Shown one piece after another: positions 8,347 through 14,631 of a stretch of DNA of 14,632 nucleotides. Source of the stretch: Bdellovibrionales bacterium (GTDB lineage Bacteria; Bdellovibrionota; Bdellovibrionia; Bdellovibrionales; DASUEL01). Numbering within the stretch: the first letter of the stretch is position 1; each line of letters begins with the position of its first letter. The position numbers and the translations under genes are program-made. The notes under the pieces were generated by a model. That model saw only the letters and a list, made by a program, of their open reading frames with translations. It was not told the DNA's origin and did no database searches. Where the stretch lies: assembly GCA_050250255.1 (NCBI GenBank), contig JBFWOZ010000059.1, forward strand, positions 1-14,632, read 5' to 3'.

Positions 8347-9217
8347 GAGAGTTTTTTTGTCCAAAGACAATCATTTCACCAATGTAAAAAGGGATCGAGA
8401 GATCTTTGAGTCGTTGAGGAGAGGCCTTGTAAAGTGGGCTGAGTAATTTTTGAAACTCAGGGCCAAATGTGCCGAGTACTCTATAGACAAACTCAATGGG
8501 TAGATTTTTTTTGTGACTGATCCGACGCCTAAATTCAAATCCTTTTTGTTTAAAAAGTAATTTCAAACTTTTTTCAGAAAAGAGAAAAATATGTTCAACT
8601 GGCGTGTAGGGGAACCAGTGTTTTGACATGGTTCGTGCGAGCCAGGAGCCCGAGTCTGGTGTTTGGATCATGATGATTCCACCTGGTGCTAAAAGCTCAT
8701 GAATGCGAGCAACAAGTTTGTCGGGGTTTAATACGTGCTCAATGACTCCGTTGATAGAAATCACATCAAAACTTTGAGAGGGTAAGTTGTTGAAGTAAAC
8801 ATCTGAGTTTAATACTTTTCCGGGCAAAATCTTATTCACAAACTCTACGGCCTCTGTTTGAAGCTCTATACCAAGCACATCAGCACCCTCTTTGTGAAGA
8901 GCTTCAATAAAGCCCCCCAAAAAGCATCCGATATCGAGAACTTTTAAGCCCTTGATATTTTTGCCAAGCAGCTTTAATTCATTTTTCAGGTGATCTTTTA
9001 GCCCATTGTGAATGGGTTGATACGCATCACGCATTTTGTAACCAAGAGCATAGTTACCTTTTTTTGCTTGCTCCTCGTAATGTTTTTCAATGGTGGCTGA
9101 ATCAGGCAGTGGCAATGTCACAACCAGTTTGCACTGGGGGCATTGGGCGTAGTCAAAACCCCGCTTTCTAAATTTTGCTTTATACTCAGTTTGACAAACT
9201 AAACATTGTTGTTTCAT
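8318..9217 (-). CDS. Class I SAM-dependent methyltransferase with N-terminal CxxC...CxxC zinc ribbon
   Basis: CLVC...CPQC, VLDIGCFLG (motif I), FDVISINGVIEHV and LAPGG. Overlaps the convergent membrane-protein gene by 29 bp. Confidence 0.9.
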   Translation of the reverse strand: MKQQCLVCQTEYKAKFRKRGFDYAQCPQCKLVVTLPLPDSATIEKHYEEQAKKGNYALGYKMRDAYQPIHNGLKDHLKNELKLLGKNIKGLKVLDIGCFLGGFIEALHKEGADVLGIELQTEAVEFVNKILPGKVLNSDVYFNNLPSQSFDVISINGVIEHVLNPDKLVARIHELLAPGGIIMIQTPDSGSWLARTMSKHWFPYTPVEHIFLFSEKSLKLLFKQKGFEFRRRISHKKNLPIEFVYRVLGTFGPEFQKLLSPLYKASPQRLKDLSIPFYIGEMIVFGQKNSLSTEHQDHQ

Positions 9218-9328
9218 CGGATAATTTCTGTACCTGAAAAATAGGGGTTAATTGGGTCACTAAAATGTATAGACTAATCCGGTCGAAATGTCTAAAGATG
9301 GATCAAGTATATATTCAGTATTCCGAAC

Positions 9329-9376
9329 TTGCTGGTCCGTTGACACGCGTGCGTACAAAGCAATCTTCTTCTTCAT
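9329..9376 (-). pseudogene. 5' stub of a serine recombinase (resolvase/invertase/LSR family)
   Basis: AAGGGGAA RBS, then ATG at 9376 encoding MKKKIALYARVSTDQQ (catalytic YARVS motif). Similarity ends after about 16 codons and the frame stops at 9260. Confidence 0.8.
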
Positions 9377-9399
9377 TATTATTCCCCTTCGTTTAATGT

Positions 9400-9610
9400 T
9401 TTTAGGTTTGCAAAGTGGAAATGAGCGGTACGGATTGAGTCGTTCCCAGGCATGGGCTTGGCTGCAACCAAGTAACTTGGCCACAGTTACGGTTGTCTTG
9501 TGGATTGTCATTAAAGCGGTTAGTTCAGACTTGGACAGGATCTTCGGCTCTGGATAAGCCTCGAACTCGAATACAACGGCAGAAAAGTGTTCGCCTACTT
9601 TATAGCCCTC
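9400..9610 (-). pseudogene. Possible helix-turn-helix gene remnant upstream of the recombinase stub
   Basis: Open frame EGYKVGEHFSAVVFEFEAYPEPKILSKSELTALMTIHKTTVTVAKLLGCSQAHAWERLN. VAKLLGCSQAHAWERL fits an HTH pattern. There is no ATG/GTG/TTG start between the in-frame stop inside the repeat and ATG 9511. Confidence 0.4.
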
Positions 9611-9688
9611 TCCGCCACTAATAATTCCGGAATCCCGGTATACAAGTTAACCGGTATACCCGAATTCCCGAATGAAATCTGGTTCTAC
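9606..9688 (+). repeat. 83-bp direct repeat, copy 1 (att-like; tRNA-Ser 3' end plus 8-bp tandem array)
   Basis: CCCTCTCCGCCA...AAATCTGGTTCTAC is identical base for base to 13152-13234. Confidence 0.97.
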
Positions 9689-9732
9689 GGTTTTTAGAAC
9701 TTAACCTACCCACAAATGTGTGGGTTTTGGCT

Positions 9733-9813
9733 GAAGCCGGGAGAAGCCGGTACGGACACACTTTTGGGACTCAACGCGTCCCAAAAGTGTGTCCGTACCG
9801 GCTTCCCGGCTTC
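9733..9813. repeat. Long inverted repeat (REP/REPIN-like hairpin)
   Basis: 9743-9770 is the perfect reverse complement of 9778-9805 (28 bp, 7-nt loop TCAACGC). 9733-9740 pairs with 9806-9813 after a 2-nt bulge. Confidence 0.95.
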
Positions 9814-9843
9814 GCACAAGGTTTACTCATTTGCTATTTATCT
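9814..9843 (+). repeat. 30-bp near-identical copy of 11364-11393
   Basis: GCACAAGGTTTACTCATTTGCTATTTATCT vs GCACAAGGTTTACTCGTTTGCTATTTATCT; single mismatch A9829/G11379. Confidence 0.95.
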
Positions 9844-10000
9844 CTATAAAGTCTTTTCGAACGGAATAGCCGAACTTACCATCGCAGGACATGAGCCTTT
9901 AGACTGTGAGATCGTTATACCGACCAACATGTATATGAATATGTCTGCTGAACAGGCGATTGCTGACGCCGTTCAACGTTTCCGTGAAGAAAATAAATAA
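9815..10000 (+). pseudogene. Probable orphan 3' gene fragment (...AEQAIADAVQRFREENK*)
   Basis: Protein-like open frame ending at TAA 10000. The 5' part of the track ORF (9716-9813) is only the translated hairpin. Confidence 0.4.
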
Positions 10001-10140
10001 TTACCGATCTCTCAGAGAGAATATAAAAAATTAAAATTCGTTTTGTGAAACGAATGATGAAACAAGTGGTGTGTGATGTTTTTCATCAAAGAATCATAGC
10101 GATGTGCTACTGGTCGCACCTCTTTTAAATTTTAATGATC

Positions 10141-10947
10141 TTAAAACTTAAACCAGTCAATATTTAGACATGCCAGAATTTCTGAATCGCTTTCTTTCAC
10201 CTTCATTGTAGTGTCTTGAATAAAATTGGTTAAATCACTACGGATTTCTTCGAGCGCTTTTTTTGAGAGCGAAAGTGGACCCGTAAAAAATAATTCCTCA
10301 GAATCCATATGTCCCATTTTCTGTAGTCCTTTTATTCGCCAGTTGGCGTGATGACGATTCACTAAGGGGGATGTTGATTCCACATGAGTGGACTTTGGGC
10401 CGATTGCGTATCGGCCATCTTTTTCGACAACAAGTCGTTGTCGTATGAGAAACTCTAAGACTTCGGCGACAAGGGGGCGGGGGAGCTGAAAATGGTGAGC
10501 AATGGATTCGAGAGTGGAAAAAGATTTAATAGAGGTACTTAGTCGTATTCCACTGTAATACCAGTTGGAATAAAAGGTAGATCGGACCTCCTCCACAATG
10601 TCTTTTTCAGGTTGAAGACGAGATTTTAAATTTCGTGCCTCTGTTTTTTTCAGGCGTATCTTTTTCTCAATAAAGCTTTTCCATTTTTGGGTACTTGCTC
10701 GCGCATGATCTACAAGAAGTAGAAAGAAATCTCGCTCTATTTCGGAAAGACCCAAGAATTCCGAGAGCTCTAACGCTTGATCAATGCCCAACTCTCGATT
10801 GCCTTTAAATATCTGACTGATTGTCACACTGTTGATTTTTAAATGTTCTGCCAACCGCTGGTACTGGCCATACCCCTTCTTTGGCATCTCCTGAATGCGT
10901 GTGTTCACAAAGAGTTTGTAGTCGTCAAAATCAAATACTGAAACCAT
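10141..10947 (-). CDS. TIGR02147-family protein (N-terminal XRE-like HTH, C-terminal DUF4423-like), putative regulator
   Basis: Characteristic VFDFDDYK start, HTH LAEHLKINSVTISQIFKGNREL, YSNWYYSGIR, HHANWR and C-terminal CLNIDWFKF. GAGG RBS. Confidence 0.85.
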   Translation of the reverse strand: MVSVFDFDDYKLFVNTRIQEMPKKGYGQYQRLAEHLKINSVTISQIFKGNRELGIDQALELSEFLGLSEIERDFFLLLVDHARASTQKWKSFIEKKIRLKKTEARNLKSRLQPEKDIVEEVRSTFYSNWYYSGIRLSTSIKSFSTLESIAHHFQLPRPLVAEVLEFLIRQRLVVEKDGRYAIGPKSTHVESTSPLVNRHHANWRIKGLQKMGHMDSEELFFTGPLSLSKKALEEIRSDLTNFIQDTTMKVKESDSEILACLNIDWFKF

Positions 10948-10959
10948 AGGGCCTCACTT

Positions 10960-10977
10960 ATTAGCATATTTGCTAAT
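10960..10977. promoter_or_regulatory. Candidate operator palindrome in the divergent promoter
   Basis: ATTAGCA-TATT-TGCTAAT has perfect 7-bp arms and lies 13-30 bp upstream of the TIGR02147 start. Confidence 0.55.
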
Positions 10978-11064
10978 GGTTTTGTTAAAAATTAAATAAA
11001 TAAATCTAGATTTTCCTGTTTCAGTCAATTAGTTTCGCCGCATCTTTAGGTTTTAGGAGTTTTT

Positions 11065-12381
11065 ATGAATGCACGTAACTTTGTGGTTTTGATGGTCTTG
11101 TTTCTTTTTGGATGTAATTCCAGTCAGCCCAGCTCTGCTCCAAATTTTCCTGTAAGCGAAGCGCAAACAAAAAATGAAGGAGCCATTGATAGTGGCGGTG
11201 GAGAATTAAAGAAAAGAGCGTCAGGTTCTGCGTGGTTTGTGGGCGCAGATAAAACGATTCGATATTGTGTTCGTGTGGCGCCTGACTTTGGTATGCCTGA
11301 AGAACAGGTGGGAGATTTAATTAGCCGCTCTTTCCAGCAATGGTCAGATTACATGGCTAATCAGCACAAGGTTTACTCGTTTGCTATTTATCTACCGCGA
11401 AAACATCAAGAGGTCCGTTGCGGTGAGGAACATGATGTGACTTTTCTAATGGGTATCAATACTGAGACAGTTGAGAAGGCAAAAAAACACTATGATGTTT
11501 CAGCAGCCTTTGCAGTGAGAACCGAATATGATTTAGACAAGGGTTGGGGCAAAGGACTTGTTTGGGTTTCCGCTGAAGAAGAGCTTGCCAGTGCGGTTGG
11601 CAAAGAGTGGAAGTGGCCAGCCAATTACAAAGTTTCTTTTTGGAAAGAACCGCGTCGTGTGCATGGTCTCATTCTTCATGAGATTGGTCATATTTATGGT
11701 TGTGGTCACATGCCAGGCACCATTATGCGTGAAGATATTGTGCGAGCGGCTTTGATGGAGAAGTCTACGGTGCAGAGCTTGCCCTATGATCCTGAACTTT
11801 ACTATTCGCGCCTCACCACAATAGACGACAGTCGACAGTTGAGTTTTCCTTATAAACCCACTCAATATTTGATGGGACATTTAAGTATACAGTCGACTTT
11901 AGGAGTCAGTGTGGATCAAAGCGCACAGCATTTTGAACTGCTTGTAGGGAGAAAACCAGTCGGTAAAATGTATGTGCTTTATCGTCAAGTAGGAGATTCT
12001 GTTTTTCCGACGAATGAACTTCTCATTAAAGATCAATTGGGCGTTGCTCGTATACCTCTTCAAATTGTAAATAATAATTTTGATCAATCGTTTGGTGCGA
12101 GCCTTTTCCACTATGACTCCAACCTATCTGATATGCGATACCCAGCAGGGGCTAATAGAGACTATTCCCGCATAAAAATGGCCAAAGTTCTTTTGCCTTC
12201 CGGAAAAGAAATGATGGTTGGTATTGATGAGAACACAAACAATACAAACTATTGGGCTGGTGGCTTTCTGAGAATTAGAAAATTAGAGCGAGATGTAGAA
12301 GAAACACTCTTTCACTCGAGCTTAGCAGTACAACAACTCCCAGACGATGAAGTAAAAAAACTTTTTAACATTCGGGAATAA
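11065..12381 (+). CDS. Lipoprotein zinc metalloprotease (metzincin clan, matrixin-like)
   Basis: AGGAG RBS; signal peptide with lipobox-like LFGC (Cys17); HEIGHIYGCGH (HExxHxxGxxH) followed by a candidate Met-turn (GTIM). Confidence 0.8.
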   Translation: MNARNFVVLMVLFLFGCNSSQPSSAPNFPVSEAQTKNEGAIDSGGGELKKRASGSAWFVGADKTIRYCVRVAPDFGMPEEQVGDLISRSFQQWSDYMANQHKVYSFAIYLPRKHQEVRCGEEHDVTFLMGINTETVEKAKKHYDVSAAFAVRTEYDLDKGWGKGLVWVSAEEELASAVGKEWKWPANYKVSFWKEPRRVHGLILHEIGHIYGCGHMPGTIMREDIVRAALMEKSTVQSLPYDPELYYSRLTTIDDSRQLSFPYKPTQYLMGHLSIQSTLGVSVDQSAQHFELLVGRKPVGKMYVLYRQVGDSVFPTNELLIKDQLGVARIPLQIVNNNFDQSFGASLFHYDSNLSDMRYPAGANRDYSRIKMAKVLLPSGKEMMVGIDENTNNTNYWAGGFLRIRKLERDVEETLFHSSLAVQQLPDDEVKKLFNIRE

Positions 12382-12384
12382 AAC

Positions 12385-13017
12385 ATGAAAAACTATTTTG
12401 TAACGCTTGCTATTTTTGGCTTTATTTTTTCAGCACAAGCCCAGGAAGTATCTTCGACTACGTCAAACTCTATAGACCCTCAGAAGCAGGTTGGAGAAAA
12501 TAATTTTCGATTTTTCCCGTTCAATCTTGTGACGAAGAGTTATCATGGAGCCTTTGAACGTCGAATCTCGTCGCAGTGGGCGCTAGGGCTTGAGGGGGCT
12601 TGGCAGAGTCAATTTGAAAGAATCTCCGATTATGGAAATGCTCGTGAAAGATACATTGGTTTATTTGCCCAATACTATCTTAAGCAGTCGATGAAGGGCT
12701 ATTTTCTTGAGGGCGGGTTAAACTATGCGACCGTTGAATTCTCGGATTTTGTTACGACATCGGGAGTAGCTCAGTTTGCCCATTTCTATTTGATGCCACA
12801 TTTAACAATAAATCATAGGTTTGTGGCCGACTCAGGTTTGAGTTTCACAATTGGATCTGGTGCCTATCTCTATTTGGGTGATTCAGTAGAAACTCGCCGT
12901 GTGATCGGCGCATATGCAGACTCGAATTCGTCTGGGCTTATCACAGAAAAAGAAAGAGACCATTACACCTTTATTCCGCAGCTTAGAGTTCGTGCTGACA
13001 TTGGATATACGTTTTAG
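12385..13017 (+). CDS. Outer-membrane beta-barrel protein (DUF3575-like)
   Basis: Signal peptide ending in AQA, alternating aromatic/hydrophobic strands, and a C-terminal BAM-type signal IGYTF. Starts 3 bp after the protease stop. Confidence 0.7.
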   Translation: MKNYFVTLAIFGFIFSAQAQEVSSTTSNSIDPQKQVGENNFRFFPFNLVTKSYHGAFERRISSQWALGLEGAWQSQFERISDYGNARERYIGLFAQYYLKQSMKGYFLEGGLNYATVEFSDFVTTSGVAQFAHFYLMPHLTINHRFVADSGLSFTIGSGAYLYLGDSVETRRVIGAYADSNSSGLITEKERDHYTFIPQLRVRADIGYTF

Positions 13018-13145
13018 CAAATCCATGAAACGAGAGGACGTCTTTAAGATGTCTTCAGGGGACCTGAGCGACAATTGAAGCGTGACAAGTTATTGAATTT
13101 ACTAAAAACTGTGAACTAACAAGAACTTGCGAAGAGGCGGGTTAT

Positions 13146-13163
13146 ATCCCTCCCTCTCCGCCA
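13146..13163 (+). other. Isolated tRNA-Ser-like 3' fragment (attR-like)
   Basis: ATCCCTC-CCTCTCC-G-CCA reads as T-stem 3' strand, acceptor 3' strand, discriminator G and CCA. The T-loop is degenerate (GGGTTATATCCC instead of GGGTTCGAATCCC) and no GGAGAGG 5' acceptor strand lies upstream. Confidence 0.7.
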
Positions 13164-13234
13164 CTAATAATTCCGGAATCCCGGTATACAAGTTAACCGG
13201 TATACCCGAATTCCCGAATGAAATCTGGTTCTAC
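13152..13234 (+). repeat. 83-bp direct repeat, copy 2
   Basis: Identical to 9606-9688. Confidence 0.97.
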
Positions 13235-13445
13235 TGTTCAGACAACATTCTAAATAGTTTTAAAAGTGACAATTTGTCTCAAACAGAGAGAAAAAAGTCT
13301 CACGATTTTTCTATTTTATTAGCTATTCAGTTATGTGGAATCGAGATTCGTTCTATTACTTATTTCATAGATAGGTTTTAAGTCTGGTCTAGCGCAGAAA
13401 CTCTTTTTTTTCGTGTAAGATAAATCCATAGCTATCATTTTTCTT

Positions 13446-14141
13446 TTGGAGGAAAAATTGAAGTTTTTGATTTGGACAATGGTTTTTTTATTTATTGCGT
13501 GCAATAAGCCCACTGAAAAGGATGCTCAGAAGGAAGCGGATATACGAACTACGAATGTGTCTGGAATTTATCCCCACTCTCCGGAATTTAAAAAGACATA
13601 TCAACATGGTCAGTCTTACATGGCCGATAAAACGTCATGTTTACAATGTCATGGCTTAGATCTTAAGGGCGGAAATTCAAAAGTGAGTTGCACTTCCTGT
13701 CATAACTATCCACACGAAGCGAGTTGGGCTGTGCCTCAACAACATGGAACCTATTATCTGGGTCTCGAAACTGCAAAAAAAGAATCATGTATGAAATGTC
13801 ATTCTCCGACGGTTGAGAGTGCTCAGAGTACTCGAAAATCCATTACTTGCTCGGGATGCCATAGTCTTTACCCGCATGGAGTGGATTATATCAATACTCA
13901 TGCGGAAAATAAGCCAGACTCTGGCTCCAGCTGTACCGTATGTCACAACGATATTCGAAACAATGAACTGGGATGCACCACATGTCACTCAGATGCTCAG
14001 CTCAGGCCAATGTGGAAGCCTATGGAAGCAAAGCCACCAAGTGCAAAATTAGAAAAATCCCCTATGAATAAATCATTGAAAAATCAGCAAAAGACTACTT
14101 TTCATTCACGAATACCTTCTTCTCAAAAGAAGAAAAAGTAG
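13446..14141 (+). CDS. Hexaheme cytochrome c lipoprotein
   Basis: Lipobox FIAC. Six CxxCH motifs: CLQCH, CTSCH, CMKCH, CSGCH, CTVCH and CTTCH. Confidence 0.88.
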   Translation: MEEKLKFLIWTMVFLFIACNKPTEKDAQKEADIRTTNVSGIYPHSPEFKKTYQHGQSYMADKTSCLQCHGLDLKGGNSKVSCTSCHNYPHEASWAVPQQHGTYYLGLETAKKESCMKCHSPTVESAQSTRKSITCSGCHSLYPHGVDYINTHAENKPDSGSSCTVCHNDIRNNELGCTTCHSDAQLRPMWKPMEAKPPSAKLEKSPMNKSLKNQQKTTFHSRIPSSQKKKK

Positions 14142-14631
14142 TAACTGGTGATAAAAAATCCTGGAAGTGACATGTTCTGCACCCAAATTCTTTTCCAAAT
14201 TTATTGATATGCCTGTTCTCATGACAGCGCACGCAGGTCAGGTCGACCGCTTGAAATTGGTGACCTCGATTTGTCGGTCCGCCATGGCAGTCGGCGCATG
14301 CGATGGCTCTGAGGACTGATTTTTCTTTAGGGAGATCGGAAACAGCTCGAGGATCAGCATTTCGCTCTCCCTCGGTGAGTTCTAAGGAATTCAATAGCTG
14401 TAAGTCTGTCATTTTGGAGAGATGAACTTTATGAAGATATGACTTGTCGACCTTTGGTATTTTTTCGATTTCTTCAAACGGCATTGGACCAGTAAGTGTG
14501 GAACGATCTTGATGGCCCGAGAGATGGCAGGAGGCACATAGATTTTGCTTTACATAAGGAGTGTGGTGTAAGTCTTTTGGAAAAGTTGGACGCTTTGTGA
14601 GCATCACATATAATTCGGTAACATAAGCTCT
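14095..14631 (-). CDS. Multiheme cytochrome c, C-terminal part (5' end probably outside the window)
   Basis: CASCH, CADCH, CVRCH and CRTCH motifs. The frame stays open from 14607 to the window edge (RAYVTELY). Confidence 0.85.
   Translation of the reverse strand, partial: RAYVTELYVMLTKRPTFPKDLHHTPYVKQNLCASCHLSGHQDRSTLTGPMPFEEIEKIPKVDKSYLHKVHLSKMTDLQLLNSLELTEGERNADPRAVSDLPKEKSVLRAIACADCHGGPTNRGHQFQAVDLTCVRCHENRHINKFGKEFGCRTCHFQDFLSPVTTFSSFEKKVFVNEK

Larger units (their letters stand above)
9606..13234. mobile_element. Putative non-autonomous integrated cassette bounded by 83-bp direct repeats (unit length 3,546 bp)
   Basis: Flanked by identical repeats that begin with a tRNA 3' end. No integrase or transposase lies inside. 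Confidence 0.55.

Noticed and set aside
9288..9557. 89-aa + strand ORF
   Set aside because: Antisense shadow of the recombinase stub and HTH remnant, with no recognisable motif.
9716..9813. N-terminal part of the 94-aa ORF 9716-10000 as real coding sequence
   Set aside because: It is the translation of the inverted repeat, and there is no clear RBS.
9814..11393. Diversity-generating retroelement TR/VR pair
   Set aside because: The single mismatch is at an A, but the match is only 30 bp, synonymous and mid-gene, and no reverse transcriptase is in the window.
13034..13056. Hairpin GAGGACGTCT-TTA-AGATGTCTTC as terminator of the barrel gene
   Set aside because: The position is plausible, but it has two G-U pairs, a 3-nt loop and no U-tract, so support is insufficient.
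13075..13163. Complete tRNA-Ser gene
   Set aside because: Only the 3' ~18 nt fit. The T-loop is degenerate, and no GGAGAGG 5' strand, D-arm or anticodon arm is present upstream.
9606..13234. CRISPR array
   Set aside because: There are only two 83-bp copies 3.5 kb apart, no repeat-spacer periodicity and no cas genes.
13127..13381. 84-aa ORF
   Set aside because: It runs through the tRNA fragment and the 83-bp repeat into AT-rich intergenic DNA and has no protein features.
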